Source: Candidatus Liptonbacteria bacterium (GTDB lineage: Bacteria; Patescibacteriota; Minisyncoccia; UBA6257; 2-01-FULL-56-20). From it: 64,000 bases of DNA. Position 1 is the first letter of the stretch. Every line of letters begins with the position of its first letter. Below, one piece after another: positions 38,239 to 47,622 of this stretch. The position numbers and the translations under genes were made by a program. The DNA lies in assembly GCA_016867315.1 (NCBI GenBank), contig VGJV01000003.1, forward strand, positions 27,429 through 91,428, given 5' to 3'. Under the pieces are notes generated by a model. That model saw only the letters and a list, made by a program, of their open reading frames with translations, did no database searches and was not told the DNA's origin.

Positions 38239-39705
38239 ATGCCAAGACCCGGGAAAGTCCAAATAATTAAATATGCGCCTCCGCCCCCGGAGCTGCCCAT
38301 ATTCGGACAGGTAGACCCTAAAGAATGTTCTTTCATCGGTCGCACGAACTATGTTGCGGCTCTTGAAGAAAAGAAATTCATTTTCGGTATTAAGCGGAAA
38401 GATCGCCGTCGACACCTCTACATAGTAGGGAAGAGCGGCGTGGGCAAAACCAAGCTCTTAGAGCTCATGATCCGACAGGATATCGCCTATGGTCATGGGC
38501 TCTGCCTTATTGACCCACACGGCGACGTCGTAGACGCTACGATCGATTTCGTTCCGGAAAATCGTATCGAAGATGTGGTAATTATTGATCCGACGGACTT
38601 TGAATATCCGGCTTCCTTCAACCCGCTTTCGAACGTCGACCCTAATTTTAAGCATCAACTTACGCAGGGGCTAATTGAAGTATTGGAAAAGCAATTCGGT
38701 GCGAACTGGACGCCCCGGCTCGAGCACGTGTTCCGTTTCACCTGCTTGGCGCTTTTGGATTATCCTCATGCCACAATGCGCGGCATGATTTCAATGCTCA
38801 CCGATCGGAACTACCGGCAAAAAGTGGTGGAATACATCGAGGACGACATGGTAAAGCGCTTCTGGGCAATTGAATTCGCCGACTGGTCGGAGAAATTCGA
38901 TACAGATGCCATTATTCCACTCGTAAACAAGCTTGGGCAATTCCTTTCAGATCCCATGCTCCGAAACATTTTCGGACAGAAGGAAAATAAAATTAGTTTG
39001 GAACAGCTCATTAATAATAAAAAGATTATTCTCATCAATCTCTCGAAGGGGAGGTTGGGCGAAGAAAATTCGAGCTTCTTTGGTTCTATGTTTATTACAA
39101 AAATCAAACAAGCCGGTATGGCCCGTGCCGGAATGCCCGAAAAAGACCGGCACGATTTCTATCTTTATGTGGACGAGTTCCAAAACGTAGTTACGGAAAC
39201 ATTCGAAAACATCCTCTCCGAGGCTCGCAAATACGGGCTGAACCTCACGGTGGCGCACCAATATATGGGTCAACTCATTCCTAAGGTGCAAGCCGCCGTG
39301 CTGGGAAATGTCGGGAGCATTGTAATTTTCCGGGTGGGCGGTGATGATGCAGTCGCCTTAAAACCTGAAATGGCACCGGTATTCGACGTGAAAGATATGA
39401 TCAACTTAGGAGTTCGAGAGTTTTACATCAAAATGACGATAGATGGAGAGTCGTACGATCCCTTCTCTGCCGAAACGCTCGCGGTGCTTCCCGCTCCGCA
39501 TCGCTCTTTCCGAAAAGAAATAATCGCGGCCTCTCGCCGCAAGTTCGCAATCTCCGCAGATGCTGCGAAGAAACTCATCGCTGAAGAAGAATCCACTATT
39601 CTCCGCAGCGCACAAGAAAAAGCCATCATCGAAGGCAAATCCAAAGGCTCGGGAGGGGGTGCCCCCGCAGCTGAAAGCGAGAAAGTAGCCGAGCCCCTCA
39701 TTTGA
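38239..39705 (+). CDS. soluble P-loop ATPase of the TrwB/TraD/VirD4 (type IV coupling protein, FtsK-HerA superfamily) type, copy 1
   Basis: Walker A GKSGVGKT (38428-38451) is followed about 20 aa later by LIDPHGD, the T4CP DPxGD/E motif. Walker B FYLYVDEF, then LTVAHQYMGQL. No N-terminal TM helices. Confidence 0.7.
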   Translation: MPRPGKVQIIKYAPPPPELPIFGQVDPKECSFIGRTNYVAALEEKKFIFGIKRKDRRRHLYIVGKSGVGKTKLLELMIRQDIAYGHGLCLIDPHGDVVDATIDFVPENRIEDVVIIDPTDFEYPASFNPLSNVDPNFKHQLTQGLIEVLEKQFGANWTPRLEHVFRFTCLALLDYPHATMRGMISMLTDRNYRQKVVEYIEDDMVKRFWAIEFADWSEKFDTDAIIPLVNKLGQFLSDPMLRNIFGQKENKISLEQLINNKKIILINLSKGRLGEENSSFFGSMFITKIKQAGMARAGMPEKDRHDFYLYVDEFQNVVTETFENILSEARKYGLNLTVAHQYMGQLIPKVQAAVLGNVGSIVIFRVGGDDAVALKPEMAPVFDVKDMINLGVREFYIKMTIDGESYDPFSAETLAVLPAPHRSFRKEIIAASRRKFAISADAAKKLIAEEESTILRSAQEKAIIEGKSKGSGGGAPAAESEKVAEPLI

Positions 39706-39766
39706 AACCGGGATAGAATTGCGAATTATTCACAATTCCAAATTCCATATTCTAAATTCCTGAGTG

Positions 39767-40285
39767 CTAGTGGTGTCCTCCTCCATGCCCGAGTTGGATC
39801 TCAGACTTCACGGCAGGATACACAATGTGGTGCACAAATAATCCAAGCGCTACTCCAAGCACTACGGAAAGAAGAAACTCGTTATAAGTTCGGATAAAGA
39901 AATAGTGGAAGGTTGCATAAAACACCAAGAAGCTCGCGCTAAAAATACTCCAACCCTTGAGTCGCGGGGGAATTACTTTTTTACCCCCGGAGAAGAGGAG
40001 AAAGGTGAGTATAGCGCCGGAGAACGCAAGCCAAAGGTCGAAGCCCCGGTAAATATCTCCGGCGGGAAATGCAGTTTTGAAAAAGCCGCTTACCTGATAA
40101 ATAAGTACGATAATGAAAAGGAAAAAACCTGCCCAAAACCCTCCTCGACTCGAAGCGCTCGCCCGTTTATCCGCAGTTTCAGCAGTGTGTTTATACACCT
40201 CCCATAGCGCCATTCCGAGGAGTGTAGGCACCAACCCCCAAATCACGAGATCAAATATGAACTTGAGCATCCCTTCCATGGCCAT
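39767..40285 (-). CDS. hypothetical 4-5 TM membrane protein with a His-rich C-terminus (…LGHGGGHH)
   Basis: 172-aa ORF on the minus strand. Hydrophobic helices. Confidence 0.45.
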   Translation of the reverse strand: MAMEGMLKFIFDLVIWGLVPTLLGMALWEVYKHTAETADKRASASSRGGFWAGFFLFIIVLIYQVSGFFKTAFPAGDIYRGFDLWLAFSGAILTFLLFSGGKKVIPPRLKGWSIFSASFLVFYATFHYFFIRTYNEFLLSVVLGVALGLFVHHIVYPAVKSEIQLGHGGGHH

Positions 40286-40386
40286 TATTTAATCACGTAG
40301 AGCTCGAATCCGCAATACACATGGGAATCCTGTACGAATCAGAAATAAACCTTTAGAGTAAATATAATCTCACCGCGATTCATACA

Positions 40387-40560
40387 TGAATCCAGAAACT
40401 CGTCAGTGCCAAAATTGTCCCGTAAAATCGCGAGCGAAAAGCGAGCTTATTTTACGCGATCCCGTGATTTTTCGCGAAAGCGAAGAATTCTACGAGACAA
40501 AAGAGCTCGCGACCACGGCGTATAGCCGCGTGGCGGCCACGCCGCTTTACGCGGGATAAA
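40387..40560 (+). pseudogene. degenerate N-terminal remnant of a Cys-rich array paralog (MNPETRQCQNCPVKSRAKSELILRDPVIFRESEEFYETKEL…, 57 codons)
   Basis: Its start MNPET+QCQNC matches the N-terminus of the 61104 paralog (MNPETKNCQACKNPF…) and the CxNC…F…E.E.FY.K pattern. It ends just before the intact paralog at 40566. Confidence 0.4.
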
Positions 40561-40565
40561 CAAAC

Positions 40566-42320
40566 ATGAAAAATGAAGTGAGAAATTGTCAGAATTGTAA
40601 GTCTGATTTCACGATCGAAACGGAAGACTTCAACTTTTATCAGAAAATGCAGGTTCCGCCGCCCACATGGTGCCCAGATTGTCGGCTGGAGCGACGATTG
40701 GCATGGCGGAACGAAAGGGTGCTTTTTAGAAGAACGGACAGCATAACCGGCAAAACACTGCTCGCAGGGTTCCCGCAAGATGTGCCGTTTCCTATCTACG
40801 AACGAAACTATTGGTGGTCAGACGAGTGGGATCCGTTGCAATACGGAAGAGATTTCGATCCCTCAAGACCCTTCCTCGAACAACTGAAAGAACTAATGCA
40901 CACGGTGCCCTGGCCGAGCCGCAGTGTGATGTTCGAGACAAATTCGGAATATACGGATCAAGCCGGACATCTCAAAAATTGCTATCTTTGCTTCAACGCC
41001 GATTACTGCGAGAATTGTCTATATCTGGTCCGAGCGAATACCACCAAAGACACGCTGGATTCGCTGCAAGTTCAAAACTCCGAGCTTTGCTACGATTCGG
41101 TGCTCATCAACAAAAGTTTCCGCATGTTTTATTCATTCGACTGCGATGGCTCGAGTGATATGCATTTCTCAAAGCAGTGCGTGGGCTGTAATCACTGCTT
41201 CGGCTGCGTAGGGCTCCGAAAGAAAAGTTATCACATCTGGAATCAGCCTTATTCGAAGGAGGAATACGAAAAGAAATTGAAAGAAATGAACTTGGGCTCC
41301 CGCGCCTCGATCGAGGCCCTCAAAGCCGAAGCGCGTCGCTTTTGGCTCAAGTTCCCGTGCAAATACTACCGCGGGATTCGAAATATAGATTCGAGCGGAG
41401 ATATGCTTATCGATACAAAGAATGCCAAACAGTGTTACTGGGTAACGAATGCAAAAGACGTGCGCTACTGCCAAGATTTATACATCCAATCTGAAGACTG
41501 TTATGACTACACAGTCTGGGCAAATCATGGTACGCGGATTTATGAATGTCTCACCTGCGGCGAGGAAGTGCAGAACCTGAAATTTTGCTTCGATTGTTGG
41601 CCTGCCTGCCGAGATCTCGAATATTCCGTAGGCTGCCATTCGACTTCGGATTGCTTCGGCTGTGTCGGTTTGAAGAAAAAGCAATATTGCATACTGAATA
41701 AACAATATTCCAAAGAAGAATACGAAAAAATTCGCGAGCAGATTATCGCGCAGATGAAAGAAATTCCTTATGTGAATGAGAAGGGAATCGAATATAGGTA
41801 CGGAGAATTCTTGCCGACTGAATTTTCTCCTTTTGCGTATAACGAGACAATGCTTCTCGATGCGTTCCCACTCACTAAGGAAGAGGCGATAAAGAAGGGA
41901 TATCGCTGGCGGGATCCCGATCGCAAAGAGTATCAAACGACCCTTAAAGCTGCGGAGCTGCCGGATGCTATCAATGAAACAAAAGAAGAGATTACAAAGG
42001 AAATCCTCGAATGTGCAAAGTGCAAAAAAGCCTATCGAATTGTGGCGCCTGAACTCGCATTTCATAAGCGGCTCGAAATCCCATTGTCTGATATATGCCA
42101 AGATTGCAGGCATGCGGAACGGTTCACATTATTGAATTCTCCTCGATATTTCTCCAGGGCTTGCATGTGCGCCGGAGAAGCAGATGCCACGGGAGTGTAT
42201 AAAAATACCGCGACGCACTCACATGCAGGGCAGTGTCCCAGCAAATTTGAAACCGCGTATACTCCCGACCGCCCCGAGATTATCTATTGCGAAGAGTGTT
42301 ATCAAAAAGAAACCACTTAA
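40566..42320 (+). CDS. Cys-rich paralog family member 1 (584 aa), unknown function
   Basis: N-terminal C-x2-C-x21-C-x2-C-R (NCQNCKSDF…FYQKMQVPPPTWCPDCRLERR) and the WDP…YGRDFDPSRPF block. Two internal modules end C.GC.GL(R/K)KK.Y.I.N.QYSKEEYEK, followed by GEFLP…SPFAYNET. The C-terminus has C..C…YRI…FH…IP.S.IC.DCRH and a terminal C.C…NTATHSH…CP..FET.YTPDRPEIIYCEECYQ. Confidence 0.8.
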   Translation: MKNEVRNCQNCKSDFTIETEDFNFYQKMQVPPPTWCPDCRLERRLAWRNERVLFRRTDSITGKTLLAGFPQDVPFPIYERNYWWSDEWDPLQYGRDFDPSRPFLEQLKELMHTVPWPSRSVMFETNSEYTDQAGHLKNCYLCFNADYCENCLYLVRANTTKDTLDSLQVQNSELCYDSVLINKSFRMFYSFDCDGSSDMHFSKQCVGCNHCFGCVGLRKKSYHIWNQPYSKEEYEKKLKEMNLGSRASIEALKAEARRFWLKFPCKYYRGIRNIDSSGDMLIDTKNAKQCYWVTNAKDVRYCQDLYIQSEDCYDYTVWANHGTRIYECLTCGEEVQNLKFCFDCWPACRDLEYSVGCHSTSDCFGCVGLKKKQYCILNKQYSKEEYEKIREQIIAQMKEIPYVNEKGIEYRYGEFLPTEFSPFAYNETMLLDAFPLTKEEAIKKGYRWRDPDRKEYQTTLKAAELPDAINETKEEITKEILECAKCKKAYRIVAPELAFHKRLEIPLSDICQDCRHAERFTLLNSPRYFSRACMCAGEADATGVYKNTATHSHAGQCPSKFETAYTPDRPEIIYCEECYQKETT

Positions 42321-42321
42321 A

Positions 42322-44034
42322 ATGCAGAATATGAACTGCAAACACTGCAAAAAAGATTTTGCAGTCACTGCAGATGATCTACGGTGGTATGAAAAATTCG
42401 GAGTATGTATCCCAAAGCTTTGCCCACAGTGTCGGGCGCAGCGGCGGTTAGTCTTTCGAAACGAACGAAGCTTCTACAAGCGTCCCTGCGATAAGTGCAA
42501 AAAGGACGTGGTTTCGATGTATAGCCCCAACAAACCGTATACCGTGTACTGCCACGATTGTTGGTTTAGGGATGACTGGAATCCGCTTGATTTCGGTAGA
42601 GATTATGACTCCTCGCGGCCCTTTTTCGACCAGTTCAAAGAATTATGGGAAAAGGTGCCAAAAATTTCGCTTATCCATGTCCGGAGCGTGAATTCGGAAT
42701 ATCTGAATATCTGCGCCGATAATAAAAACTGCTACATGATTGTGGAATCTTCTAATAATGAAGATTCTATTCATTGCTATTGGATTCAAAAAACAAGGAA
42801 TTGTGTGGACACTTCTTTTTCCCATGAGTGCGAGCGCTGTTACGAATCGGACGACATTTACAATTGTTATCAAACACACTACAGCAAGGGGTGCCACGAC
42901 TGCCGGGATAGTTATTTTCTGTTCGATTGCAGAAATTGTTCTAATTGCATTGGCTGCGTGAATCTGCGCAACAAACAATATTGCGTGTTTAATGAACAAC
43001 TCTCCAAAGAGGAGTATCAAAAAATTTTGAAGGAAGCTCGACTCGACACTGCATCGGGCATAGAAAAATTGCGTGGCCAATTTGAAGAGTTTAAGAAAAA
43101 ACAGCCTCGCAAATTTGCGGAAGCGGTAAATGTAGTGAATTGCTCGGGGAATTATTTGAAGGATGCGAAAAACTGCAGCGACTGCTTCCATACATATGAA
43201 GCCGAAGACTGTAAATATGCGGTACACGCCTGGCGTGATGCGAAAGACTGCGTGGATACGGACACCACGGGCAGAGGAGTGCAGATGGTCTATAACTCGC
43301 ATAACACTGGCATCAATGCCTCGAATTGTATTTGCTGTGCGCTCTGCTGGGGAAACAACTTTCTTACTTACTGCGCGTATTGTTATGACTCACAAGACTG
43401 CTTTGCCTCCACCGGCCTCCGTAAAAAACAGCACTGCATTTTGAATAAACAATATTCCAAAGAAGACTACGAAAAACTCAAAACTCAAATTATTGCAGAT
43501 ATGAAACGCGAGGGCATATATGGGGAATATTTCCCGCCCTCCTTAAGCACGTTTGGATACAATGAGGCCTGTGTGCTCGAGCAAATACCGCTTATGAAAG
43601 AAGAAGCGCTCTCACAAGGTTTCAAATGGGAAGACCACCCTCGTGGCGCGTTCGGGAAAGAAACGGCAGGTTGGGAAAAAATTCCGGATTCTATCCTCGA
43701 GCTTCAATGCGATGCCTCCAAAGAAATTTTTGCATGTACTGCGTGTAGAAAAAATTATCGAATTATCTCTGACGAGCTTACGTTCTATAAATCGTTGGAA
43801 ATTCCCTCGCCGCGATTGTGTCCCGATTGCCGGCACGTGCGTCGCTTTACCGCGCGGGGTCCCAATCATGTAAAGGAAAAAAAATGTAGCTGCGAAGGTA
43901 TTAGAGCAGGGGGTTATCTGAATACTGCCAACACTTTCACGGAGAACATCCATGTCCTAACCGCTTTAAAACTGCCCATTATGAGGATTCCAATGCAATC
44001 CTTTACTGCGAAGAGTGTTATAACTCCGAAGTAG
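42322..44034 (+). CDS. Cys-rich paralog family member 2 (about 570 aa)
   Basis: Same architecture as member 1. The N-terminus has two complete CxxC…CxxC ribbons (NCKHCKKDF…CPQCR, CDKCKKDV…CHDC). The ORF track starts at 42184, overlapping member 1; the start is more likely at 42322 (MQNMNCKHC…). Confidence 0.8.
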   Translation: MQNMNCKHCKKDFAVTADDLRWYEKFGVCIPKLCPQCRAQRRLVFRNERSFYKRPCDKCKKDVVSMYSPNKPYTVYCHDCWFRDDWNPLDFGRDYDSSRPFFDQFKELWEKVPKISLIHVRSVNSEYLNICADNKNCYMIVESSNNEDSIHCYWIQKTRNCVDTSFSHECERCYESDDIYNCYQTHYSKGCHDCRDSYFLFDCRNCSNCIGCVNLRNKQYCVFNEQLSKEEYQKILKEARLDTASGIEKLRGQFEEFKKKQPRKFAEAVNVVNCSGNYLKDAKNCSDCFHTYEAEDCKYAVHAWRDAKDCVDTDTTGRGVQMVYNSHNTGINASNCICCALCWGNNFLTYCAYCYDSQDCFASTGLRKKQHCILNKQYSKEDYEKLKTQIIADMKREGIYGEYFPPSLSTFGYNEACVLEQIPLMKEEALSQGFKWEDHPRGAFGKETAGWEKIPDSILELQCDASKEIFACTACRKNYRIISDELTFYKSLEIPSPRLCPDCRHVRRFTARGPNHVKEKKCSCEGIRAGGYLNTANTFTENIHVLTALKLPIMRIPMQSFTAKSVITPK

Positions 44035-44118
44035 CATAGCCCTTCCCAAAACGTAAAACCTGTGGTAATGTAAAGACAGAAACCGTTCCTTTTAAAGGCC
44101 GAAAAACCATACTATCAA

Positions 44119-44427
44119 ATGGTTATTATCTATACTACGTGTAAGGATACGGCCGAAGCGACAAAGATCGGCAAGGTGATTTTGGACAGCAAATTGGCCT
44201 CTTGCGTGAACATCTGGCCCATCCAGAGCATGTTTCATTGGGAGGGAAAACTCGCTAATCAGCTCGAAGCCGGAATGCTGGTAAAAACCGTAGAACATCA
44301 CACTGCCGAGATCGAAGAATTGATCACGAAAAACCATTCCTATTCCGTACCTTTTATTGGCGTGATGCAGGTGCATCGCCATAATAGAGCGTACCGTGAA
44401 TGGATGAGTTCGGTGGTCAAACCATAA
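44119..44427 (+). CDS. cutA: divalent-cation tolerance protein CutA
   Basis: MVIIYTTCKDTAEA…SCVNIWPIQSMFHWEGK matches the CutA1 family. Confidence 0.8.
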   Translation: MVIIYTTCKDTAEATKIGKVILDSKLASCVNIWPIQSMFHWEGKLANQLEAGMLVKTVEHHTAEIEELITKNHSYSVPFIGVMQVHRHNRAYREWMSSVVKP

Positions 44428-45920
44428 TTTTTCAAATGAAGCTCGAGCTTATAAAAAAGCTCCCCACCGAAGGAGCAATAGTGTTTGTGATAAAAGAAGG
44501 AGTCTCTCTAAAGACACATCCATTTTTGAAGTTTCTCGGAGAGGAGGACAAAAAATATATCGAAACCGTCACGAATGCATCAGGTGCAAGTGGAATTTCT
44601 AATAAATTCTTGATTCTTCCCTCGGGAAGAAAAACTTTAATTATAAGTGTTCCTGCAAAAGATAAATTTACCGGCCGCAAAGCGATTCTCTCCGCCCGGC
44701 GGGTGATCGTGGCCGCTCGAAGTGAAAAACTGGCACAGATTGTCGTATTGCTCGAAGACTTTCAAGCCCGAACATCCCCGCAAGAAACCGCGACGATGCT
44801 TGGTACTCAACTGGAGATCGCCAATTTTGAATTTGTAGCATATAAAACTGCCCCTAAGGAAGGATGGAATTTTGTAGAAGAAGTCGGAGTATTCTCAAAG
44901 TACAGCCTAGAATCCTTACGCAAAGCGCTCGAAGCGGGAAAGGTAGTTGGAGAAGAAGTAAATGCGGCGCGAGTCCTCTCAAATACTCCTGGGGGAGATA
45001 TGACTCCTGCTGGCCTCGCTGAAGCAGCGCTCCAAGCCGGTAAAAAATCCGGGTTTAAAGTGACAATTTTGGATGAAAAAGAAATTACCAAACTCGGCAT
45101 GGGCGGCGTCTTGGGAGTCTCTAAAGGTTCCGTGGAAAAACCCCGCTTCATCGTCATAGAATACCTTCGCGGCAAAAAATCCGAAAAGCCGGTAGTGATA
45201 GTGGGAAAAGGAGTTACTTTCGATACTGGAGGATTGAACCTAAAACCCACGCAAGCGATCTATGAAATGCATATGGATATGTCCGGTGGAGCCGCCACAA
45301 TCCATATTCTCGGAGCACTCGCCCGGCTCAATGTAAAGAAAAACGTGATTGGGTTGGTACCTGCAGTAGAAAACATGCCCTCCGGTTCAAGTTTCCGCCC
45401 CGGAGACCTCTTAAAATCCATGTCGGGCAAAACCATTGAGGTAACGAATACTGATGCGGAAGGCCGAGTGATCCTCGCGGATGCCTTGGAATATGCCAAG
45501 CGTTACAATCCTCGTTTAGTAGTAGACATAGCTACGCTCACGGGCGCTGCGCTCGTAGCGCTGGGTCAACGAGCTTCTGCCATATTTTCGACCAGTGCTC
45601 CGGTAGAGCGTTCTCTTCGCGCAATTGGAGAAGAAACTGGAGATTTCGTCTGGCCGCTGCCCTTGTGGGAAGAATACGAAGAAGATATTAAAGGAATGTT
45701 CGGAGATTTTGCGAACTCCGGCAAGAGCCGCTGGGGAGGCGCGATTGAAGGCGCCGTATTCCTTCGCCAATTTATTCGCGACAAAGAAGGGAATGATGCA
45801 TATCCGTGGGTGCACCTCGATATTGCTCCCCGTATGACCTCGGTAGACGGAGAATTTCTGGCCAAGGGCGCCGCGGCTCCTTCCGTCGCCCTCCTCACGC
45901 AATTTTTGCGTGAATACTAA
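44400..45920 (+). CDS. pepA: leucyl aminopeptidase (M17 family)
   Basis: M17 signature NTDAEGRVILADAL, plus VGKGVTFDTGG and MDMSGGAA. The likely start is the M near 44430. Confidence 0.85.
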   Translation: MDEFGGQTIIFQMKLELIKKLPTEGAIVFVIKEGVSLKTHPFLKFLGEEDKKYIETVTNASGASGISNKFLILPSGRKTLIISVPAKDKFTGRKAILSARRVIVAARSEKLAQIVVLLEDFQARTSPQETATMLGTQLEIANFEFVAYKTAPKEGWNFVEEVGVFSKYSLESLRKALEAGKVVGEEVNAARVLSNTPGGDMTPAGLAEAALQAGKKSGFKVTILDEKEITKLGMGGVLGVSKGSVEKPRFIVIEYLRGKKSEKPVVIVGKGVTFDTGGLNLKPTQAIYEMHMDMSGGAATIHILGALARLNVKKNVIGLVPAVENMPSGSSFRPGDLLKSMSGKTIEVTNTDAEGRVILADALEYAKRYNPRLVVDIATLTGAALVALGQRASAIFSTSAPVERSLRAIGEETGDFVWPLPLWEEYEEDIKGMFGDFANSGKSRWGGAIEGAVFLRQFIRDKEGNDAYPWVHLDIAPRMTSVDGEFLAKGAAAPSVALLTQFLREY

Positions 45921-45941
45921 AATTAGGCTATTCTTAAAGGA

Positions 45942-47609
45942 ATGAGCTCGACTCGTTCCTGCAGGCAATGCAGGAACGCATTCTCTGTGGATGCTTCAGA
46001 CCTCTCATTTTATGAAAAAATGGGAGTTCCCGTGCCGGCACTCTGCCCCGAGTGCCGATTTCGACGTCGTGCCGGGTTTCGAAATGAACGCACGCTCTAC
46101 AAGCAAAACTGCAAACTTTGCGCCAAGTCGGTAATCACCATGTACAACCCAAAATCACCGCTTGTTGTGTACTGTAATGACTGCTGGGCTTCAGATAAAT
46201 GGGATCCGAGCGCATATGCGATGGAGTATGATCCTTCCCGCCCTTTCTTCGATCAGTTAAAAGAACTCTCTCAAAAAGTTCCTAAATCCGGAACGTATTC
46301 GAGTGCATGGGCAGGTCCGAATGTAAGAAGTGAATACACTAACTTCGCGGGGAGTAATAAAGACTGTTATCTTTGCTTTAATTCAGGCCCGGAAAATGAA
46401 AATTGCGCCTATTCCAGAGGCATCATGCGTTCGCGGGATACATTCGATACCTACTACGGTTATGAAACCGAAAGGGGATATGAGGGAATAAATATGCAAA
46501 AAAGCTCAGGTGTTGCCTGGGGACAAAATATCCTCGAATGTCTCGATTCCTGGTTTCTTTTGAACTGTGCGAGCGTCCAAAATTGCTTTGGATGTGTGAA
46601 TCTGCGTCATAAATCGAATGCCTTCCTAAATGAGCCTCTTGAAAAAGAAGAGTGGAAACGAAAAATTTTAGAAATTACCGGTAGCTATCAAAGAATTGAA
46701 GAATTTAAAAAACAATTTCAGGAACATGCACTCAAATTTCCGCGGCGAGAAAATAATAATTTGAAATCAGTTGATTGCACGGGGGATTACATATTCGAAT
46801 CCAAAAACTGTCATGACTCATTTGAGGTGGGTAATGGAGAAAATTTGAAATATGTGTTCTCTGTAAAGTTCACCAAAGACAGTTATGACTTAATTGGACA
46901 CGGGCGGAATTCTGAACTGCTGCTTGAGGGAGTGGGAGCCGGAGCAAGTCAGCGCATCATAGCCGGTTGGTGGATAGAAAATGCCCATGATGTGGAATAT
47001 TCTTTTGCGACGCGCGCGAGCGAATATTGTTTCGGCTGCGACGGAATAAAAGGAGGGAAGTATCGGATATTAAATAAGCAGTATTCAGAGGAAGAATATA
47101 AGAAACTTCGCGCGCATATTATAGAAGAATTGAAAAACATCGGAGAATATGGGCTCTTTTTTCCGCCCTCGCTCTCGTTTTTCGCATATAACGAAACCAT
47201 CGGACAGGACAATCTGCCGCTCTCCAAAGAAGAAGCTATCCGACAAGGCTTCCGCTGGGAGGAAAATCTTCCCGCCACGAAGGGTCAGGAAACACTAAAA
47301 GCGGAACAACTCCCGGATCACATTAAGGATGTGCAGGATTCGATTTTGAGCGAAATTCTCGCTTGTATTTCCTGCGGTCGGAATTATCGGCTTATCAAGC
47401 CGGAGCTAGAAGCATATCGACGAGCACTAATTCCCATTCCAAGAAAGTGCTTCAATTGTCGGCACCTAGATAGACTGACTCGCCGGGGCCCGTTTAAATT
47501 ATTCGACCGCACCTGCGCAAAGTGTAATAAAGCAATCCGAACCAACTACGCTCCAGAACGACCCGAAATTGTGTATTGCGAGACTTGTTACCAAAATGAA
47601 GTTATATAG
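45942..47609 (+). CDS. Cys-rich paralog family member 3 (555 aa)
   Basis: SCRQCRNAFSVDASDLSFYEKMGVPVPALCPECRFRRR, a second ribbon CKLCAKSV…CNDC, the KWDPSAY..EYDPSRPFFDQLKEL block, CFGCVNLRHK, ILNKQYSEEEYKK, FFPPSLSFFAYNETI and C-terminal CISCGRNYRL…CFNCRH…IVYCETCYQNE. Confidence 0.8.
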   Translation: MSSTRSCRQCRNAFSVDASDLSFYEKMGVPVPALCPECRFRRRAGFRNERTLYKQNCKLCAKSVITMYNPKSPLVVYCNDCWASDKWDPSAYAMEYDPSRPFFDQLKELSQKVPKSGTYSSAWAGPNVRSEYTNFAGSNKDCYLCFNSGPENENCAYSRGIMRSRDTFDTYYGYETERGYEGINMQKSSGVAWGQNILECLDSWFLLNCASVQNCFGCVNLRHKSNAFLNEPLEKEEWKRKILEITGSYQRIEEFKKQFQEHALKFPRRENNNLKSVDCTGDYIFESKNCHDSFEVGNGENLKYVFSVKFTKDSYDLIGHGRNSELLLEGVGAGASQRIIAGWWIENAHDVEYSFATRASEYCFGCDGIKGGKYRILNKQYSEEEYKKLRAHIIEELKNIGEYGLFFPPSLSFFAYNETIGQDNLPLSKEEAIRQGFRWEENLPATKGQETLKAEQLPDHIKDVQDSILSEILACISCGRNYRLIKPELEAYRRALIPIPRKCFNCRHLDRLTRRGPFKLFDRTCAKCNKAIRTNYAPERPEIVYCETCYQNEVI

Positions 47610-47622
47610 AGACCGAATAAGT

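Noticed and set aside
41478-43302. Long minus-strand ORFs (41478..42113, 42643..43302 and others) inside the paralog array
   Set aside because: They run antisense to strongly supported plus-strand genes whose paralog conservation fixes the coding frame. They have a low-complexity, hydrophobic shadow-ORF character.
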